Shown: positions 21,601 to 31,376, counted from the stretch's first letter. The stretch is DNA of 64,000 nt from Candidatus Actinomarina sp. (GCA_045563315.1 JBJKUD010000023.1:914-64913); one strand, 5' to 3'. The notes: generated by a model from the letters alone, not told the origin. A program made the numbers and translations.

Positions 21601-22112
21601 TTGAATTAATAAGTTCAGAAGACGAAGAAGAAATTAGTGTTGTAATATCTGGTTTATTTTCAAATGTTCAAAAACGAGTTTCAAGAAAAGGCAATCCCTG
21701 GATTCAATTTGATGTCCAAGACACAACGGGAACGGTAGGCGTATTATTGTTTAACAAACTTGTAGATAAATTTAATAATGATGTTGATGGGGAGAACTAT
21801 GTCAAAGTAACTGGAACTTTTGTTGGTGGATCTGAAAATATAATTAGAGCCAGAGATTTGATAACAATTGAACCTTCCAAAATGTTGAATGATTTAGACA
21901 CTACTCCAATGAGAATATCAGTTGAGGAAGAGACATTAGATAGACAAAATTTAACGATGTTGAAAGAGTTATTACAGAAATATCCCGGTAATTCAAAGGT
22001 TGAACTTGAAGTAAATTCTTCTGACGGAGTAAAGCTTCTTGAACTAAAATCAATAAAAATTAAAAAAACTCAACAACTCAAAAACGAAATTAATACATTA
22101 CTTACTAATTAA
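18618..22112 (+). CDS. dnaE: DNA polymerase III alpha subunit DnaE
   Basis: N-terminal PHP domain (HLHAHTEYSMLDG), polymerase core, OB fold; 1164 aa. Confidence 0.97.
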   Translation: MENSFVHLHAHTEYSMLDGAAKIDSFLNRIVELNQPGAAITDHGNLYGALEFHNSAIKKELKPIIGYEAYVIEGSRYEKPDRDKNKRFHLTLLAENTEGYWNLVEIASKAYTQGYYYKPRVDYELLKEHSNGIIALSGCLGGEIAQLLAPDASREEGNQGQERSFDRALEKAIFYQNLFGKDNFYIEIMNHGIQQQEEILPDLLKISDTISAPLVATNDSHYVHDTDSSAHDALLCVQTNATLDDESRFKFDGSGYFIKSSEDMRKLFPNSDFPDACNNTLKILDRVHYEFEKDAYYLPDFPIEDNSQNAEEFLKDKVFEGAKILYGDLNDELENRINYELEVINTMGFASYFLIVGDLINYAKSKGIRTGAGRGSAAGSIVSYCLGITGIEPLKYGLLFERFLNKGRKELPDIDMDFDERYRNDVIDYVSEKYGNDRVAHIVTFATIKAKQAIRDSARVLGLPFSSGDKVAKLMPPMILGISATLGECLDKDDTTQSGYSKEFYAASSELRKEYKESAEVKKIIDIARGLEGLRRQDGIHAAAVVISPDKLTKFLPIQQKGAGAELVTQYEMHTVEQLGLLKMDFLGLRNLSIIDRALELINNNSLDIDDIDLNDEATYQLFSEGKMTGVFQLESRIAQSVSRNLKPKRFEDLVALVALIRPGPLGAGMHTEFAERATGRKEIEYLHNDLKEILEETYGVILYQEQVMQIAQRISGFELDEADDLRKAMGKKIPKVMEQQRNKFTDGALKNGYSEQFAEELFDQIAYFAGYGFNKSHSVPYALLAYQTAFLKSNYPAEYLSACLTAVKRDKDRTAIFLSEAREMGVKVNTPDINLSSEDFSVTNGEILFGLSAIRNVGDVTAQKIIIERQNSNYENIEDFLTRMDSRSLNKRGIEALVQGGAFDKFGFPRKGIFEKIIDLIEDAKELKSNKNSAQGSLFEFDDNGGNKTIIQDVEWDKKEYLNREREMLGFFVSEDPLDGYGEVLRSESSHSIIELISSEDEEEISVVISGLFSNVQKRVSRKGNPWIQFDVQDTTGTVGVLLFNKLVDKFNNDVDGENYVKVTGTFVGGSENIIRARDLITIEPSKMLNDLDTTPMRISVEEETLDRQNLTMLKELLQKYPGNSKVELEVNSSDGVKLLELKSIKIKKTQQLKNEINTLLTN

Positions 22113-22125
22113 GTAGTATCTAGAT

Positions 22126-22335
22126 ATGTCTTTTAATATAGAAGAATTTAAAAAAAGATTTAAAGAAAGAGCAGATGCAGTAAAAGATAGACCTATGCCA
22201 CCAGTTGGTGGAGATGAAAGAATGCTTTTTATGAAACAAGCAGAACTCGACTATCAAGATTACATGATAATTTCAGACTCATTGTTTGAAGTTACAGATG
22301 AATACTTAATTTTTAAATATAAGCTTGATAATTAG
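22126..22335 (+). CDS. Hypothetical small protein (69 aa)
   Basis: ORF with start 14 nt after the dnaE stop; no recognisable motif. Confidence 0.3.
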   Translation: MSFNIEEFKKRFKERADAVKDRPMPPVGGDERMLFMKQAELDYQDYMIISDSLFEVTDEYLIFKYKLDN

Positions 22336-22994
22336 GTTAAATTTTTACCCATAGGGAAAATTTTATTGATAACTTCTGCGCATGCTTTTGCGATTTCCAT
22401 GTGTTCTTTTTGAGTTCCATTTTCTTCTCTTAGTTGAATGTAATGTATCCAGCTTCTTAAAGTTCCATTCATATAAATCCTACTTACAGTATTTCCCTCA
22501 GGTAATACAGATCTAGCTTGTTCTTTAGCTATGTCGTTTTCAATAGCCCAGTTGTAGACCTCCTTAGCTTTGTCTATAACTTCAGATTGCATCTGTTCCC
22601 ATTCTTCAATTATTTTTTCATTATCTGTATTTATAGAATTTTGTCTATTTTTGGGATCTTGTAATCTAGCTTCTCGAATAACAAATTCTAAATCCTCTAC
22701 TGGGTTTGCATACCTCTGGCTAAATTCTTGAAAACTAAAAGATCTATGACGAAGTATTTGCCTCGCAATATCTCTTGTAGTTTCAATCTCTAAACATGCA
22801 CTTACCATTTCAAGAGGAGACCAGTGAGCATTTTTTATTAGATAATTTATTAATTTTTCGCTTGTTTCAGTGTTTAATTGATTAGAGGGATTCGATACTC
22901 TTGCACAAAAAGCTACTAATTCCTGTGCATTATCTATACCATCATTACTAATTGATTCAGTCGGCTTAGAATAGCTAATAAGTTTTACTTTCAT
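22332..22994 (-). CDS. thyX: Flavin-dependent thymidylate synthase ThyX
   Basis: ThyX signature RHRSFSFQEFSQRY (RHRxxSxxxxSxR). Confidence 0.9.
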   Translation of the reverse strand: MKVKLISYSKPTESISNDGIDNAQELVAFCARVSNPSNQLNTETSEKLINYLIKNAHWSPLEMVSACLEIETTRDIARQILRHRSFSFQEFSQRYANPVEDLEFVIREARLQDPKNRQNSINTDNEKIIEEWEQMQSEVIDKAKEVYNWAIENDIAKEQARSVLPEGNTVSRIYMNGTLRSWIHYIQLREENGTQKEHMEIAKACAEVINKIFPMGKNLT

Positions 22995-23023
22995 TTCAAG
23001 ATATATATTAAAATAAATTCATC

Positions 23024-23287
23024 ATGTTTTTATTAAGACTAGTAGTTTTTTTAATTTTAGTTTCACTAGTTGTAATTCTTGCATACCCTTTGTTGATTAT
23101 TTTTAATATATCTAATGGTGGAGACGGGTTTGGTTTATGTAATGACCTAATTACTTGTGAAATACCATTTATCGAAGGACCTAGAATTTTAGTAATATTA
23201 ATAATTACTTTTTTCTTTCTTGTGGCGGTTTTAAGAATAATTATGAAATATCTCAACAGCATTAATAAAGAGGAAACTATTCTTTAA
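23024..23287 (+). CDS. Hypothetical small membrane protein (2 predicted TM helices)
   Basis: 87-aa ORF with two strongly hydrophobic helices; competes with an antisense ORF (23008..23262). Confidence 0.3.
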   Translation: MFLLRLVVFLILVSLVVILAYPLLIIFNISNGGDGFGLCNDLITCEIPFIEGPRILVILIITFFFLVAVLRIIMKYLNSINKEETIL

Positions 23288-24104
23288 TAACATAAAATAT
23301 AGCTATCAATATTAAAACTACTCCAACCCAATTTAATAAATTTAATATTTCTCCAACAAAAAAAACGCCAATGAGGAGTGCGAACACGCCCTCCAATCCA
23401 AACAAAAGTGAAGCTGTCGATGCATTTATAAATTTTTGACCATATAGCTGTAAATAAAATGCACAGAAGTTTACAACAATGCCAAGAAAAAAGATAGGCA
23501 GAAGGAATTTGAAACTTATATTTAGATTTTCATAATTCAAAAAAGGAATGCACAAAATGCTGCCAACACCTGACTGTACAAACATTAATTTTGAAATATT
23601 TAAATCTTTTACATATTTTTCAACCATAACTATATGTAATGCGTAACCTGTCGCACAGATTAATGTGAATAAATTTCCAAATAATTGATCAAGATCATTT
23701 AATGCTATTAATAAAATTCCTGAGAATCCTGCTATCGATCCTATTAAATTTTTTTTATGTATTGAGTTTTTATTTATGTATTTAGAAAAAATTGGTGTTA
23801 ATACTATATAGAATCCAGTTACTACTCCTGAATTTATTGTAGAAGTTGTTTCAAGACCTATGGTTTGGGTAATATATCCAATCCATAAAAACAAACCCAT
23901 CAATAGTCCAGGTTTTATATATTTTTTTTCAGGGACTCCTCCAGTAATTAAAAAAAGTAGCGTTGCTAAAAGATATCTCAAAAAAACAATATTTACTGGA
24001 GTTAGGTCGGAAATGAGATCTTTAACAACTGCAAAAGTTGATCCAAAAAGTAAAGCTGATGTAACTAAAGCAATTATTGCACGGTTTTTATTTTTTAAAA
24101 TCAT
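23277..24104 (-). CDS. EamA/DMT-superfamily transporter
   Basis: About 10 TM segments arranged as two EamA-like repeats. Confidence 0.75.
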   Translation of the reverse strand: MILKNKNRAIIALVTSALLFGSTFAVVKDLISDLTPVNIVFLRYLLATLLFLITGGVPEKKYIKPGLLMGLFLWIGYITQTIGLETTSTINSGVVTGFYIVLTPIFSKYINKNSIHKKNLIGSIAGFSGILLIALNDLDQLFGNLFTLICATGYALHIVMVEKYVKDLNISKLMFVQSGVGSILCIPFLNYENLNISFKFLLPIFFLGIVVNFCAFYLQLYGQKFINASTASLLFGLEGVFALLIGVFFVGEILNLLNWVGVVLILIAIFYVIKE

Positions 24105-24144
24105 CTGAATAAGTGAACATTAATATCTCGTATAAAATAATGAT

Positions 24145-24777
24145 ATGAAAAAACAAGATAAGGTGAAAGAAATACATAAAATTCTAAATAAGCTTTATCC
24201 AGATCCTGAAAAACCTTTAAATCACAAAGATCCATATACGCTACTCGTATCAGTGTTACTATCTGCCAGGTGTACTGATAAAAAAGTTAATGAAGTAACT
24301 CCAGAATTATTCAGTCTTGCAGATAATCCCAACGACATGTCAAAAATTGATGTTCGCACTATTAGAAGAATTGTTAAACCTTGTGGTTTATCACCTCAAA
24401 AATCAAAGGCAATTTCAAATTTATCAAAAATTCTTGTTAAAGAATATAATTCAACAGTTCCTGACAACTTTGAAGACCTTGAGTCGTTACCAGGAATTGG
24501 TCATAAAAGTGCCTCAGTCGTTATGGGTCAAGCTTTTGGTGTTCAGACATTCCCAGTTGATACACATATTCATCGATTGGCATGGAGATGGGGTTTATCT
24601 AACAGGAAAAGTGTTGAGCAGACAGAAAAAGACTTGAAAAGACTATTCCCAGAAAAATCATGGAATAAATTACATCTTCAAATTATTTTTTTTGGAAGAG
24701 AATATTGTCCTGCTATTTCACATATAAAAGAACTATGCCCAATATGTAGTAAGTATGGTCGAAAGGATATGAAATAA
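24145..24777 (+). CDS. nth: Endonuclease III (DNA glycosylase/AP lyase) Nth
   Basis: HhH-GPD region (LPGIGHKSASVVM), catalytic-region motifs, C-terminal 4Fe-4S cluster loop C-x6-C-x2-C-x5-C (CPAISHIKELCPIC). Confidence 0.9.
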   Translation: MKKQDKVKEIHKILNKLYPDPEKPLNHKDPYTLLVSVLLSARCTDKKVNEVTPELFSLADNPNDMSKIDVRTIRRIVKPCGLSPQKSKAISNLSKILVKEYNSTVPDNFEDLESLPGIGHKSASVVMGQAFGVQTFPVDTHIHRLAWRWGLSNRKSVEQTEKDLKRLFPEKSWNKLHLQIIFFGREYCPAISHIKELCPICSKYGRKDMK

Positions 24778-25485
24778 ATGGAAGTAAATTTCTTTATAGC
24801 TTTTTTGTTTGGTATTCTATCCTTTATATCACCCTGTGTTTTGCCTTTAGTACCTGGTTATCTTGCAATTTTTTCCGAATCAGAGAAAGATATAAAAGTA
24901 AGATTATTTGGATCAATTCAATTTAGTCTTGGTTTTTCAATAGTATTTATTTCTTTGGCAGCCATTGCAACTAATATTGGTTCATTTTTTAGTAGAAATT
25001 CTGAATCTTTATCAAGGGTTAGTGGAATAATAATTATATTGTTTGGTTTAATTTTGTTGTTTCCATCTCTCAATAAAAAATATTTTTATGGTTCAAACTA
25101 TATTGATGTAAAGAATTTTAATCTTTTTAAAAATTTTTTATTAGGTCTTACTTTTGGTTTTGGATTTACACCTTGTATTGGACCTGTACTAGGTGCACTT
25201 TTAACTCTGTCATCAAGTACTAATACTATCAGAGAAGGGGTAACGTTATTAATTTTTTATTCAGTAGGGTTGGCAATTCCATTTATATTAATGCCAATTT
25301 TCTCTTCAAAGATAAATTTAAAATCTAAAGTATTTGTATTATTTCAAAAATATTCATCGTTTATTTCTGGTTCTACATTAATTGCTATTGGAATTTTAAT
25401 TTTTACGGACAGAATGTATGTTTTAGCATCCTTTTTTCAAGAATTGTTCGTTCTTTTGAATCTAGAGTGGTTGAGTACAATTTAG
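24778..25485 (+). CDS. ccdA: CcdA/DsbD-like cytochrome c-type biogenesis thiol-disulfide transporter
   Basis: 6-TM protein with Cys in TM1 (SPCVLPLVPGYL) and TM4 (FTPCIGPVLG), the CcdA hallmark. Confidence 0.8.
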   Translation: MEVNFFIAFLFGILSFISPCVLPLVPGYLAIFSESEKDIKVRLFGSIQFSLGFSIVFISLAAIATNIGSFFSRNSESLSRVSGIIIILFGLILLFPSLNKKYFYGSNYIDVKNFNLFKNFLLGLTFGFGFTPCIGPVLGALLTLSSSTNTIREGVTLLIFYSVGLAIPFILMPIFSSKINLKSKVFVLFQKYSSFISGSTLIAIGILIFTDRMYVLASFFQELFVLLNLEWLSTI

Positions 25486-26054
25486 ATATGTCAAATAATA
25501 TAAATATTCAAAAATGTTTAAAGATTACAGGTAAAGATGCCTTATCGTTTGTTGAATCTATCATTTCAAACAATTTAGATAATGAAAAATTGAAACCTTC
25601 TTATTTACTTGGACCTGACGGTAAAGTTCATCATTGGTTTTTTGTACATGAGATTAATGATGACATTTTGATATATCAAGAAGATAGTGAACTTCAAACA
25701 ATATTAGATAATCTGAAGAAGTACGCAATTCGAATTGAATGTGAGTTTGTCCTAGAGACTGTCAGTAATGTATTGGTAGCGAATATTGAGAACTTAGAAA
25801 TTAAAATTGTTGATGAATTTTTTGATGATACTGTTTCATGGGAAACCTATGAGATTCTTAATGAGATACCAACAAGAAGAATTATAAATGAAGGCCTTTT
25901 ACCTAATGAAACAAAATGGTTGGATAATTTTGTTGATTTTGAAAAGGGTTGCTTTTTAGGTCAGGAACAAGCTTCTAGAATTAAATATAGGGGTAATCCA
26001 AGAAGAGTTCTCATTACAAATGAGAATGGTAATCAAGAAATGATCAAGATTTAA
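25467..26054 (+). CDS. YgfZ/GcvT-fold folate-binding protein (short form)
   Basis: C-terminal signature FEKGCFLGQEQASRIKYRGNPRRVL (KGC[YF]xGQE). Confidence 0.65.
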   Translation: MVEYNLDMSNNINIQKCLKITGKDALSFVESIISNNLDNEKLKPSYLLGPDGKVHHWFFVHEINDDILIYQEDSELQTILDNLKKYAIRIECEFVLETVSNVLVANIENLEIKIVDEFFDDTVSWETYEILNEIPTRRIINEGLLPNETKWLDNFVDFEKGCFLGQEQASRIKYRGNPRRVLITNENGNQEMIKI

Positions 26055-26057
26055 TAA

Positions 26058-26360
26058 ATGCAACGTTGTGAATATTGTGGAAGAGTGTTGATTATTAATC
26101 GATCAGATATATATACATTATGTTCAAAAAAATGTAAAAGTAAGTTTAAAAATAAAAATCAGATAAAAAAAATTGATGAGTATGTTTTAGGCTCAATTAA
26201 TTATGACTGGCACTTCGTAAAAGATATAGTCCTATCAAGAAAAAATAAATTTGAAATAGTTGCTTCGATATCTAGATTGATATATTTTGAAAATCGTTTG
26301 ATTAAAAAAAATAATAAAGAAATTAATTTACAGACAATGGTCACTTTAAAGAAAAAATAG
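26058..26360 (+). CDS. Hypothetical small zinc-ribbon protein
   Basis: N-terminal CEYCG-x13-CSKKC (C-x2-C ... C-x3-C), lysine-rich. Confidence 0.4.
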   Translation: MQRCEYCGRVLIINRSDIYTLCSKKCKSKFKNKNQIKKIDEYVLGSINYDWHFVKDIVLSRKNKFEIVASISRLIYFENRLIKKNNKEINLQTMVTLKKK

Positions 26361-26940
26361 CTCCTTTATCATATTTTTTTAGCGAAAATTGTACGATTGG
26401 CCCAACTACTATAACCATAAAAATTGTTCCATACCCATATGAACCACCTAGTAATACTCCACTTACAAACGCAGTAAAATCTATTGCTATCCTAGTTACT
26501 CTTACACTTGGACCTCTTTTGGCAATACCAGTCATTATTCCATCTCTTGGTCCTGGACCTAAGCCTGATCCAATATATACACCTACACCCATTGCAAATA
26601 GCACTGTTCCAAAGTACAGGTATGCATGTCTTATGAATATTGATTCAGGTGTAGGAATAAAATACATAGTTAGATCAAGAACGTTGCCAATTGTAAGGAT
26701 GTTTAAAATCGTACCCAAAAATGGTTTTTGTTTTAATGGAATCCAGCCAAGTAAAACTATGAATCCTGTAATTACACCTGCAAATCCAATCCTTACATCT
26801 ATTAACTTGCTAAAACCATCATGAAATACATCCCAAGGGTTAAGTCCAAGTTTTGCTTCAATTGTAAAAGCCAGCCCAAACCCACAAAGGAATAATCCCA
26901 AAAAGCATTGGGGAAGCCTTTTTAATATTTTTTTACTCAT
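26341..26940 (-). CDS. YczE-like (COG2364-type) integral membrane protein
   Basis: Polytopic; motifs GLNPWDV and GLGPGPRDGIMTG resemble the YczE family. Assignment from memory, unverified. Confidence 0.45.
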   Translation of the reverse strand: MSKKILKRLPQCFLGLFLCGFGLAFTIEAKLGLNPWDVFHDGFSKLIDVRIGFAGVITGFIVLLGWIPLKQKPFLGTILNILTIGNVLDLTMYFIPTPESIFIRHAYLYFGTVLFAMGVGVYIGSGLGPGPRDGIMTGIAKRGPSVRVTRIAIDFTAFVSGVLLGGSYGYGTIFMVIVVGPIVQFSLKKYDKGAIFSLK

Positions 26941-27307
26941 TTATGATGAAAATCTTTTCAAGATACGGAATATTTTCAGGACATAATTCGTATATTGATT
27001 GGAATCTTAGAATTGGAATAATCCTATTGTCTTCACGAACTTCAATTTGGTTATTTAATAACTCCACCCTAATAAGATTTTCTGACACATCTACGGTGCT
27101 CCATTCTGGAGAAGATAAACATATATTTTTACCAATATTTACAACAGAGTTGTCTGATATATTTTCAAGAGTACTTTCTGCATCTGCAATTCTTATTTGT
27201 TTTACAAATTCACTTCCGTATGTTTCAGTTGATAAATTTTGATAAACAATATATGAAATGCTTAAAATTATAAAAATTATTACGCTTAATAATGGTATTT
27301 TCTTCAC
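26933..27307 (-). CDS. Hypothetical exported/membrane-anchored protein (N-terminal signal/TM helix)
   Basis: 124-aa ORF with hydrophobic N-terminus (LLSVIIFIILSISYIV); no recognisable domain. Confidence 0.35.
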   Translation of the reverse strand: MKKIPLLSVIIFIILSISYIVYQNLSTETYGSEFVKQIRIADAESTLENISDNSVVNIGKNICLSSPEWSTVDVSENLIRVELLNNQIEVREDNRIIPILRFQSIYELCPENIPYLEKIFIINE

Positions 27308-27347
27308 ACTATATTATTAACCATTGAATATTTTAGTTTTTAAAATG

Positions 27348-27429
27348 TACCCGGAGGGGGAGTCGAACCCCCACATCCGAAGATACTGGATTTTGAGTCC
27401 AGCGCGTCTGCCAATTCCGCCATCCGGGC
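27348..27429 (-). tRNA. tRNA-Leu (anticodon CAA), type II with long variable arm
   Basis: Manual fold of the reverse complement: acceptor GCCCGGA, anticodon stem-loop CTGGA-CTCAAAA-TCCAG, long variable arm, T-loop GGTTCGACTCC; CCA not encoded. Confidence 0.85.
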
Positions 27430-27495
27430 TTACTTAAAGATTATATTTCATATCTACAAAAATAAGTGAATTTATTTTTTTAAGTTTAAACTGGA

Positions 27496-29999
27496 TTGGT
27501 GATAGTTCTTATTGATGGTTTTAGCGTTGCATTCAGGGCATTTTATGCTCTTCCTGACTCATTGACGACCTCTGACGGCACTCCAACAAATGTAATTCAT
27601 GGTTTTTTATCAATGATTAATAAAGTTATCAAAGATCATGAACCTGAAAAATTGATTATTACTTGGGACTTACCTGGAAAAACTTTTAGGAATGAAATTT
27701 ATAAAGAATATAAAGCCAATAGAACGCCTGCGCCAGATAATTTCAATATTCAAATACCACTTCTTCATGACCTTATAGATTCTTTTAATATTCCGCAGAT
27801 TTCTAAAAAAAATCATGAAGCGGATGACGTACTTGGATCTTTGTCAAAACTATTTAATGAAATTAAAAAAGATGTATTAATTGTCACCGGAGATAGAGAT
27901 ATTTTTCAACTTATATCAAAAAAAACAAAAATTCTTTATACAAAAAAAGGAATTTCGGACACGGATACTATGGATGAAAAATCATTTGAGAAGAAAATTT
28001 GAAATTAGTCCCTTCACAGTACATTGAGTATTTAGCTTTAAAAGGTGACCCATCTGATAACATACCTGGCTTGCCTGGAGTAGGAGAAAAAACAGCAATA
28101 TCCTTACTCAAAAAATATAATAACATAGAAAATATATTTAAAAATCTTAATGAACTAACACCCAAGTTAAAAAACACATTTGAAGATAATAAAGACATTC
28201 TGTTTATCAGTAAAGATCTAGCAACAATCAAAACTGACTTAGAATTTGTTTTACCAGACACAAAATTAAATGAATCAGCTTATTTTTCTGATGACGTATT
28301 AGAAAATGCACAAGAAAAAGTAAAAATTCTTGAATTGAACAAATATATATTAACAAAAGCAAATCAAAACGATGAAACAAACGATAATCTCGAAGAAAAA
28401 AAAATTTATGAATACGACTCGCTAGATGAAGATACTTTTATATTTAGTTTTGATAATGAGTTATATTTTTTTGATAACGATAAGTTTGGTAAATATGTCG
28501 GAAACTTATCAAGTATCAAAAGCTATGTTTTGCTTACGTCACAAAATGCAATCTCAATAGCAAAGGAAGAGTTAGATTATGATACATTTGACGCGTATGA
28601 CTGCATGTTATTTTTAAAAGACCCAAGCATTAAACCCGACAATCTTTTAAATATATCAAAACATATTGACAGATCGTCAGGTCTTACCAAAAAATCAAAA
28701 ATCATAGATTATCTTACTTTTTTTCAGAATAAAATCTTAGTTATTAAGAATGAGATAACAGAATTCAAGAAAGATAAAGATCTAAGTTTGTTATATAAAG
28801 ATTTAGATTTTCCAATGCTTCAAATTTTAAGTTCTATGAACAAGAAAGGCGTCAAAGTCTCGTTAAAAAAAATTGAGAATCTTTCGGATGAAATAAATAG
28901 AGAGTTGAATATTTATAAAAAAAATATTAAATCTATAACCAAAAAAGATTTTAATTTGAATTCGCCAAAACAGTTATCTGAAATTCTCTATGAGGATATG
29001 AAATATCCAATTATTAAAAAAACACCAAAGGGAGCGCCTTCAACTGATGCCTCAGTGTTAGAAGAATTATCAAAATCACATGAACTGCCTAAGTTAATCT
29101 TAAAATATAGAGAATACGAAAAATTAAGATCAACATATATAGAAGGTCTTAAAAGTGAAGTTATCAATAATAGGGTTCATACCTCATATAATTTGTTTGG
29201 TACAACCACTGGTCGTTTATCGTCTGAAAAACCTAATTTACAAAACATTCCAAATAAAACACAAATGGGTCAAAAAATACGTGAATTTTTTGTTGCAGAT
29301 CCCAAACACACTTTTGTAATTGCTGACTATTCTCAAATAGAACTGAGGGTTTTAGCACATTTAAGCGGTGATAAAAATATGATAAGCATGCTAAAGAATA
29401 GAGACTCAGACATTCATTCAGAAACAGCGTCTAAAATATTTAATACAAATATTGAATCTGTAACTAAGGATATGAGAAGAAAAGCTAAAGAAGTTAACTT
29501 TGGTTTAATCTATGGAATGGAATCATTTGGTTTATCAAAAAGTCTGGATATTTCAAAAAAAGAAGCTGATGAACTAATAAATGCTTACTTTGGTCAGTTT
29601 CCAAAAATTAAGGGTTTTTTAGATAAGATCGTAGTTGATGCAACTGACAATACATATACTAAAACACTTTATGGCCGTAAAAGATTTATTAGAGAATTAT
29701 CATCTTCAAACTTTCAAGTAAAAGCAATGGGAAAGAGAATTGCGATGAATGCTCCTATACAAGGAACTGCTTCAGATATTATGAAAGTCGCAATGATAAA
29801 AATAATAAAAGAATTGTCAATATTAGAATCAACCGATCTTCTTCTACAGATACATGATGAAATAATTATACAAACTCCAAAAGCATTGTCTGACAAAGTA
29901 TCAAATATAGTAAAGAAGGAAATGGAGAACGCATCCGCATTGAAGGTACCATTGTTTGTAGACATTAAAGAAAATGTAAACTTATCTAATTTAAATTAA
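27496..29999 (+). CDS. polA: DNA polymerase I PolA, reading frame interrupted by a -1 frameshift at an A4 run (27994-27997); ORFs 27496..28002 and 27999..29999 are one gene
   Basis: 5-prime-3-prime exonuclease N-domain and H3TH are split across the two ORFs (DEKSFEKK | LVPSQYIEYLALKGDPSDNIPGLPGVGEKTA). Polymerase motifs A (DYSQIELR), B (RRKAKEVNFGLIYG) and C (HDE) are intact; the 3-prime-5-prime exo region is degenerate. Confidence 0.9.
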
Positions 30000-30049
30000 A
30001 TACTTGCAAAATTCACAAATATGTTATCCTAAGAAACGCAATACTATGA

Positions 30050-31336
30050 TTGGAAAAAACAAAACATATGTCAGATAACCTAAATGAGACGGTTAAGCCA
30101 ATCAATGACGTAAACCTTCCAGATGACATCAGTCCCGAAGATTTTCCTATGTTGTTAGATCAAACTCTTGTATCTTTTAAAAACGGCGATGTTATTGAGG
30201 GTACTGTTGTCAGGATTGACAGAAATGAAGTTATGGTTGATGTCAGTTATAAGTCAGAGGGAGTTATACCATCAAGAGAACTTTCAGTAAGAAAATCTAT
30301 AAACCCAAATGAAGTTTTTAACGTAGGAGATAAAGTCCAAGCCTTAGTTCTAGAAAAAGAAGATGATGAAGGCAGACTCATTCTCTCTGTAAAAAGAGCT
30401 CTTTATGAAAAAGCATGGGGGGATATTCAAACTATTTCAGATAATAACAAGTCAGTCAAAGGCACAGTAATCGAGTCAGTCAAAGGCGGTCTTATTGTAG
30501 ACATTGGTGTACGAGGTTTTTTACCAGCATCTCTAATTGACGTTAGAAGAGTTAAGGAGCTAAGTTCTTATGTTGGTGAAGAAATAGAAGCTAAAATTTT
30601 AGAATTGGATAAACAAAGAAACAATATTGTTTTATCTAGAAAAGCACACCTTGAAGAAGAACTTTCTGAAGAACGTCAAGGATTCTTGGGTGATTTACAA
30701 GTTGGTGATATCAAAGATGGAAAAATATCTTCAATTGTAAATTTCGGTGCTTTTGTAGATATAGGTGGAATGGATGGATTGGTACATGTATCCGAGCTGT
30801 CTTGGAGACATGTTGAAAATCCAAATGAAATTGTAAAAGTCGGTGACTCTGTAACTATTAAAGTATTAGAGATTGATAATGATAAAGAAAGAATTTCACT
30901 ATCAATAAAACAAGTCACTGAGGATCCATGGTTAGATTTTGAATTAAACTTTAGTGAGGAAGATGTTGTTGATGGCAAAGTAACAAAGGTAGTCCCATTT
31001 GGTGCGTTTGTTACTATCGGAAAAGGCGTTGAAGGACTTGTTCACGTATCCGAAATTTCAGTTGATAAAATTGATTCGCCTGAATTAGCTCTTGCAATTG
31101 GGCAAAGTGTAAATATCAAAATACTTGAACTTGATATACCTAAGAGAAGAGTTAATCTATCTATCAAACAAGCCGATCCTAATTGGAAATCAAAAGAAGA
31201 AGAGAAAAACAAACCTAAAACACACTCTACACAATCTGAAGACAAACCCGCGGAAAGACAAACAGTCGAAGGCGTTGACGAATCCTTAGAAAATATATTA
31301 CAAGAACTCAAAGAACGAGGAATTGGAAGTAATTAA
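30050..31336 (+). CDS. rpsA: 30S ribosomal protein S1
   Basis: Four tandem S1 domains; follows polA as in Actinobacteria. Confidence 0.95.
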   Translation: MEKTKHMSDNLNETVKPINDVNLPDDISPEDFPMLLDQTLVSFKNGDVIEGTVVRIDRNEVMVDVSYKSEGVIPSRELSVRKSINPNEVFNVGDKVQALVLEKEDDEGRLILSVKRALYEKAWGDIQTISDNNKSVKGTVIESVKGGLIVDIGVRGFLPASLIDVRRVKELSSYVGEEIEAKILELDKQRNNIVLSRKAHLEEELSEERQGFLGDLQVGDIKDGKISSIVNFGAFVDIGGMDGLVHVSELSWRHVENPNEIVKVGDSVTIKVLEIDNDKERISLSIKQVTEDPWLDFELNFSEEDVVDGKVTKVVPFGAFVTIGKGVEGLVHVSEISVDKIDSPELALAIGQSVNIKILELDIPKRRVNLSIKQADPNWKSKEEEKNKPKTHSTQSEDKPAERQTVEGVDESLENILQELKERGIGSN

Positions 31337-31376
31337 CAATTCAAGTTAAATTCTATTTTTCCTTAATCTTATAGGT

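Noticed and set aside
23008-23262. Minus-strand 84-aa ORF overlapping the plus-strand small membrane ORF 23024..23287
   Set aside because: The minus-strand translation is basic and low-complexity without TM or motif. The plus-strand ORF gives two clean TM helices, so I kept the plus strand (still low confidence).
24317-24637. 106-aa ORF in an alternative frame inside nth
   Set aside because: Fully embedded in the well-supported endonuclease III frame; an AT-rich frame artefact.
20000-27429. Possible genomic island integrated at tRNA-Leu(CAA)
   Set aside because: No integrase, no direct repeat of the tRNA 3-prime end, no GC shift. Neighbouring genes (thyX, nth, ccdA) are core housekeeping.
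27999-28002. Treating ORF 27999..29999 as an independent gene starting at TTG
   Set aside because: Its first residues continue the Pol I 5-prime-3-prime exonuclease H3TH domain begun in the upstream ORF. It is the downstream part of a frameshifted polA, not a separate protein.
30000-30049. Candidate sigma-70 promoter (TTGCAA ... TATCCT/TATGTT) upstream of rpsA
   Set aside because: Spacing is 13-15 nt, suboptimal, and in such AT-rich sequence hexamer matches are frequent; not confident enough to list as a feature.
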